Assembly (NCBI GenBank): GCA_046153645.1
Contig: JBJXGI010000035.1
Span: 1 to 17,642 of the forward strand
DNA from: Elusimicrobiota bacterium
GTDB lineage: Bacteria > Elusimicrobiota > Elusimicrobia > F11
DNA length: 17,642 nt
Reading direction: 5' to 3'
This document shows, one piece after another, positions 15,965 through 17,642 of this stretch; within the stretch, counting starts at the first letter, position 1; every line of letters begins with the position of its first letter. The notes under the pieces are model-generated. The model saw only the letters and a program-made list of their open reading frames with translations, ran no database searches and was not told the DNA's origin. Position numbers and translations under genes: made by a program.

Positions 15965-17642
15965 CGGATTCTTGTTCCTTTTTTTCGGGCTTTTTTTGAC
16001 CTGGTCTAAGGATAATGGCATTTTTGAGCTTCTCCGACTCCTGATCTTTCATCATTTGTAAAACTCTTTCGGCATCTTCTTTAGAAAGACCATCTTTATT
16101 CTGTTCACTTTGATCACCACTTTTTTGATCCTTATTATCATCACGGGCGTCTTGAGGTTTATTATCCTTATTATTGTTATCTCCCTCATCTTTCTTCTGT
16201 TGGGGTTGTGGTGGATTTTTGGGTATCTTTCCAGATAAAATATACTCAATATTATACTTCGCATCCACATCTGCCGGATTAAGCCTTAAACATTCCTTGA
16301 ATTGTTCCAAAGACTGATCTCTTTTATCCATATTAAAATAGAGATGTCCTAAATTATAAGCAACCTGAGATTTAAAACCAGAATCCAATGTCATATTTGA
16401 GGCAGATAAGTATTCCTTTTCGGCTTCATCAAACTTTCCTTCAAGATAATAAGAATTAGCAATATTATAAACAGGAATAGGTGAATCCGGATTATCATTT
16501 CGGGCTGATTCGAATTCTTTACGCGCCCCCGTTAAATCCTTTTTTTTAATAAGCTTATTTCCAGTTAAAATATGATCTTTGAAGTCGGCCTGCACAGTTT
16601 GAGAAAATAAAATAAACAACAATAAAGCCATATTCTTTTTATTTCGATAAAGATATCTCTTCGAATTCACAAGAAAATTTCTCACTCGTCCAAGCTGTCC
16701 AAATTTTTCACTAATAAAATATTCCAAAATTAAAAATAAAAATACGATAAAGGCAAAGTATTGAAACCGTTCAACCAAGCGTTCATGTGTTTTTGTGTTC
16801 AATTCTTTTTTTTCAAAGCCGTTAATAATATCGCTTATTTCATCTATTTCTCGATCAGTTGAACTGGATCGGTAATACTGCCCCCCCGTCGTTAACGCGA
16901 GTTTATTTAGTAAACCATCGTCTAACTTTGTTAAGACCATTTCTCCTTGGTACTTTTGATATTCAATGACCTGGCCTTGTTCATTTTTATTTTTTATTAC
17001 TTCTCCTTTTGAAGTTCCGATTCCAATAGTAAATAAAACCACTCCTTTTTCCTTGGCTTCTTTGGCAGCGCCCTCAGGGTCTGATTTATGGTCTTCTCCA
17101 TCAGTTAATAAAACCACAGCTTTTCCTGATTTTTCATCTTTTGGGAAATTATCTAAAGCCAAGCGAATGGCATCTCCAATAGATGTCCCTTGCCTCGGAA
17201 CTGAATTGGTATCTAATATTTCGAGGAACATTTGAGCGGCATCAATATCAATCGTAAGGGGACACTGCAAAAAAGCATCTTTAGCAAAAGCAATGACACC
17301 AACACGATGACCTTGTAATTTTTTAACCAACAATGACAAAGATTGTTTAGCCCGCTCCAAACGAGAAGGAATAACGTCTTCAGCCATCATACTTTTGGAG
17401 ATATCAATGGCAATAAAAACGTCCACTCCTCTATGTTTAAATTCTTTCATTATGGAGCCAAATTGAGGCCCTGCCGCTGAAACTATCAACAACAAAAAAG
17501 AAAACAAAAGGATCACATCTTTCATTCTTCGTCTTTGAAGTGATTCTAATGGAAACATTTGTTGAACCAACTTCCAATCACCGAGAAGAGCCAATCCTTT
17601 TTTTCTGCGTTTTCCAGATAAAAAAAACAATAACCCCAACAC
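15951..17642 (-). CDS. batB: Fused BatB (vWA)-BatC (TPR) protein, 5'-truncated by the window edge
   Basis: AGPQFG, DVFIAIDISKSMMAEDVIPSRLERAK (MIDAS DxSxS), QGTSIGDAI, LLTDGEDH and a TM, followed by TPRs (YNIANSYY, YNLGHLYF, DAKYNIE), a Q/N/D/K-rich linker, EDAERVLQ and a terminal EDW. Confidence 0.85.
   Translation of the reverse strand: MLGLLFFLSGKRRKKGLALLGDWKLVQQMFPLESLQRRRMKDVILLFSFLLLIVSAAGPQFGSIMKEFKHRGVDVFIAIDISKSMMAEDVIPSRLERAKQSLSLLVKKLQGHRVGVIAFAKDAFLQCPLTIDIDAAQMFLEILDTNSVPRQGTSIGDAIRLALDNFPKDEKSGKAVVLLTDGEDHKSDPEGAAKEAKEKGVVLFTIGIGTSKGEVIKNKNEQGQVIEYQKYQGEMVLTKLDDGLLNKLALTTGGQYYRSSSTDREIDEISDIINGFEKKELNTKTHERLVERFQYFAFIVFLFLILEYFISEKFGQLGRVRNFLVNSKRYLYRNKKNMALLLFILFSQTVQADFKDHILTGNKLIKKKDLTGARKEFESARNDNPDSPIPVYNIANSYYLEGKFDEAEKEYLSASNMTLDSGFKSQVAYNLGHLYFNMDKRDQSLEQFKECLRLNPADVDAKYNIEYILSGKIPKNPPQPQQKKDEGDNNNKDNKPQDARDDNKDQKSGDQSEQNKDGLSKEDAERVLQMMKDQESEKLKNAIILRPGQKKPEKKEQESGEDW

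Noticed and set aside
13648..17235. Short nested ORFs within the bat genes (13648, 13892, 14802, 15786, 16052, 16966)
   Set aside because: Shadow ORFs within well-supported genes.
1..17642. tRNA/rRNA, CRISPR array, IS/integrase, prophage or defence genes
   Set aside because: Nearly all of the sequence is coding. I saw no spaced direct repeats, cloverleafs, or transposase or nuclease motifs.

Overview
AT-rich, tightly packed bacterial chromosomal segment with no RNA genes, mobile elements or CRISPR arrays that I can detect. From left to right it holds: (1) the 3' part of an alpha-amylase (GH13)-like gene whose catalytic motifs look degenerate; (2) a translationally coupled futalosine-pathway menaquinone operon, mqnP-ubiX(mqnM)-ubiD(mqnL)-mqnE-mqnA-mqnC, ending in a thioredoxin-like [2Fe-2S] ferredoxin, with no mqnB/MTAN, mqnD or methyltransferase in the window; (3) two minus-strand exported hypothetical proteins; (4) ispH coupled to an upstream hypothetical gene; (5) a divergent membrane protein and a large membrane-anchored protein with three SH3b-like domains; (6) the distal part of a minus-strand Bat (vWA/TPR) operon: fused batB-batC, batD and batE. 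The best leads are a repeated leaderless-type start architecture (TANNNT 7-8 nt before the start codon, no Shine-Dalgarno) at the first genes of most transcription units, a putative GH13 pseudoenzyme carrying the probable mqn promoter, and a ferredoxin that could serve the neighbouring Fe-S enzymes. All calls come from motif recognition by eye; no searches were run.
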